NCBI GenBank assembly: GCA_964016885.1
Contig: OZ024742.1
Coordinates: 312,914,001-312,978,000 of the forward strand
DNA: 64,000 nt
Origin: Eledone cirrhosa
Lineage: Eukaryota
Direction: 5' to 3'
Part shown: positions 60,553 through 64,000 of the stretch, in pieces
Numbering within the stretch: position 1 is the first letter of the stretch
How the letters are laid out: each line of letters starts with the position of its first letter
Notes under the pieces: model-generated
What the model was told of the DNA's origin: nothing
Database searches by the model: none
What the model saw: only the letters and a program-made list of their open reading frames with translations
Made by a program: the position numbers and the translations under genes

Positions 60553-60770
60553 TAAAGAGTCGGAACCCGACGGCTGAGCTCTTGCCATTTCAACAGCTAG
60601 TTCCGGAACTTGCTGTTGAATCAGCTCAGCCCTCAAGTCCCGACTCTTTGTAATATAACCATACCCTACTATTCCAAGTATCAAGTACTCTGTTGAGTAA
60701 TGGTCTAACTAATTTGAAACTGATTCTATCCTGCAACCGGTACTCATGGTAGTCCCCTCAACTTATTATA
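60553..60770 (+). mobile_element. Short fold-back element with PLE-like tail; related fragment at ~28870-28920
   Basis: AAAGAGTCGG...CCGACTCTTT hairpin; AAGTACTC tail motif. Confidence 0.45.
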
Positions 60771-61022
60771 TATATATATTACATCAATTACATCAATGTT
60801 TACCATAGTCCACGCTGTAATGTCGTTGTGTAGGTAACATGGTAAAAAGCTCCCAGTCCACACTGTAAATGTAGTTGGTGTTAGGAAGGGCATCCAGCCA
60901 TAGAAAACCTGCCAGATAGTCCTATACGAGCGAGACACAGCCACCCAATCAATCTTGCCTCAAGGGGGACAATTCCCGTCTAACCCATGCTAGTGTGGAA
61001 GATAGACGTTAAACGATGATGA

Positions 61023-64000
<2,978 letters not shown>

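Overview
AT-rich, microsatellite-dense animal DNA. The SINE/RTE/Penelope mix suggests a cephalopod such as Octopus (inference, not verified). No intact host gene is recognisable and the many long Y/I/V/C-rich ORFs are microsatellite artefacts. The window is a mosaic of nested mobile elements: a complete Tigger/pogo transposon with an intron-containing transposase, a near full-length RTE LINE plus many truncated copies, CR1-, Tx1- and R4/Dong-like fragments, three Penelope-like elements (PLEs) with GIY-YIG domains, a non-coding LTR element with a tRNA-Trp PBS, MITEs and two tRNA-derived SINE groups. The main finding is a dense set of type I hammerhead ribozymes (HHR). (1) A non-coding ~440-bp monomer carrying a canonical minimal HHR and an ATGCAAAT octamer occurs as circularly permuted, tandem and fold-back copies (7302-7800, 50189-51510); it is a candidate retrozyme/circular-RNA retroelement. 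(2) About ten fold-back (palindromic) PLE-terminus elements lie in or beside (TA)n; most carry complete or partial HHRs, including core variants (U3-A8, A4) and very long stem II forms. All structures were assigned by eye; activity is untested.
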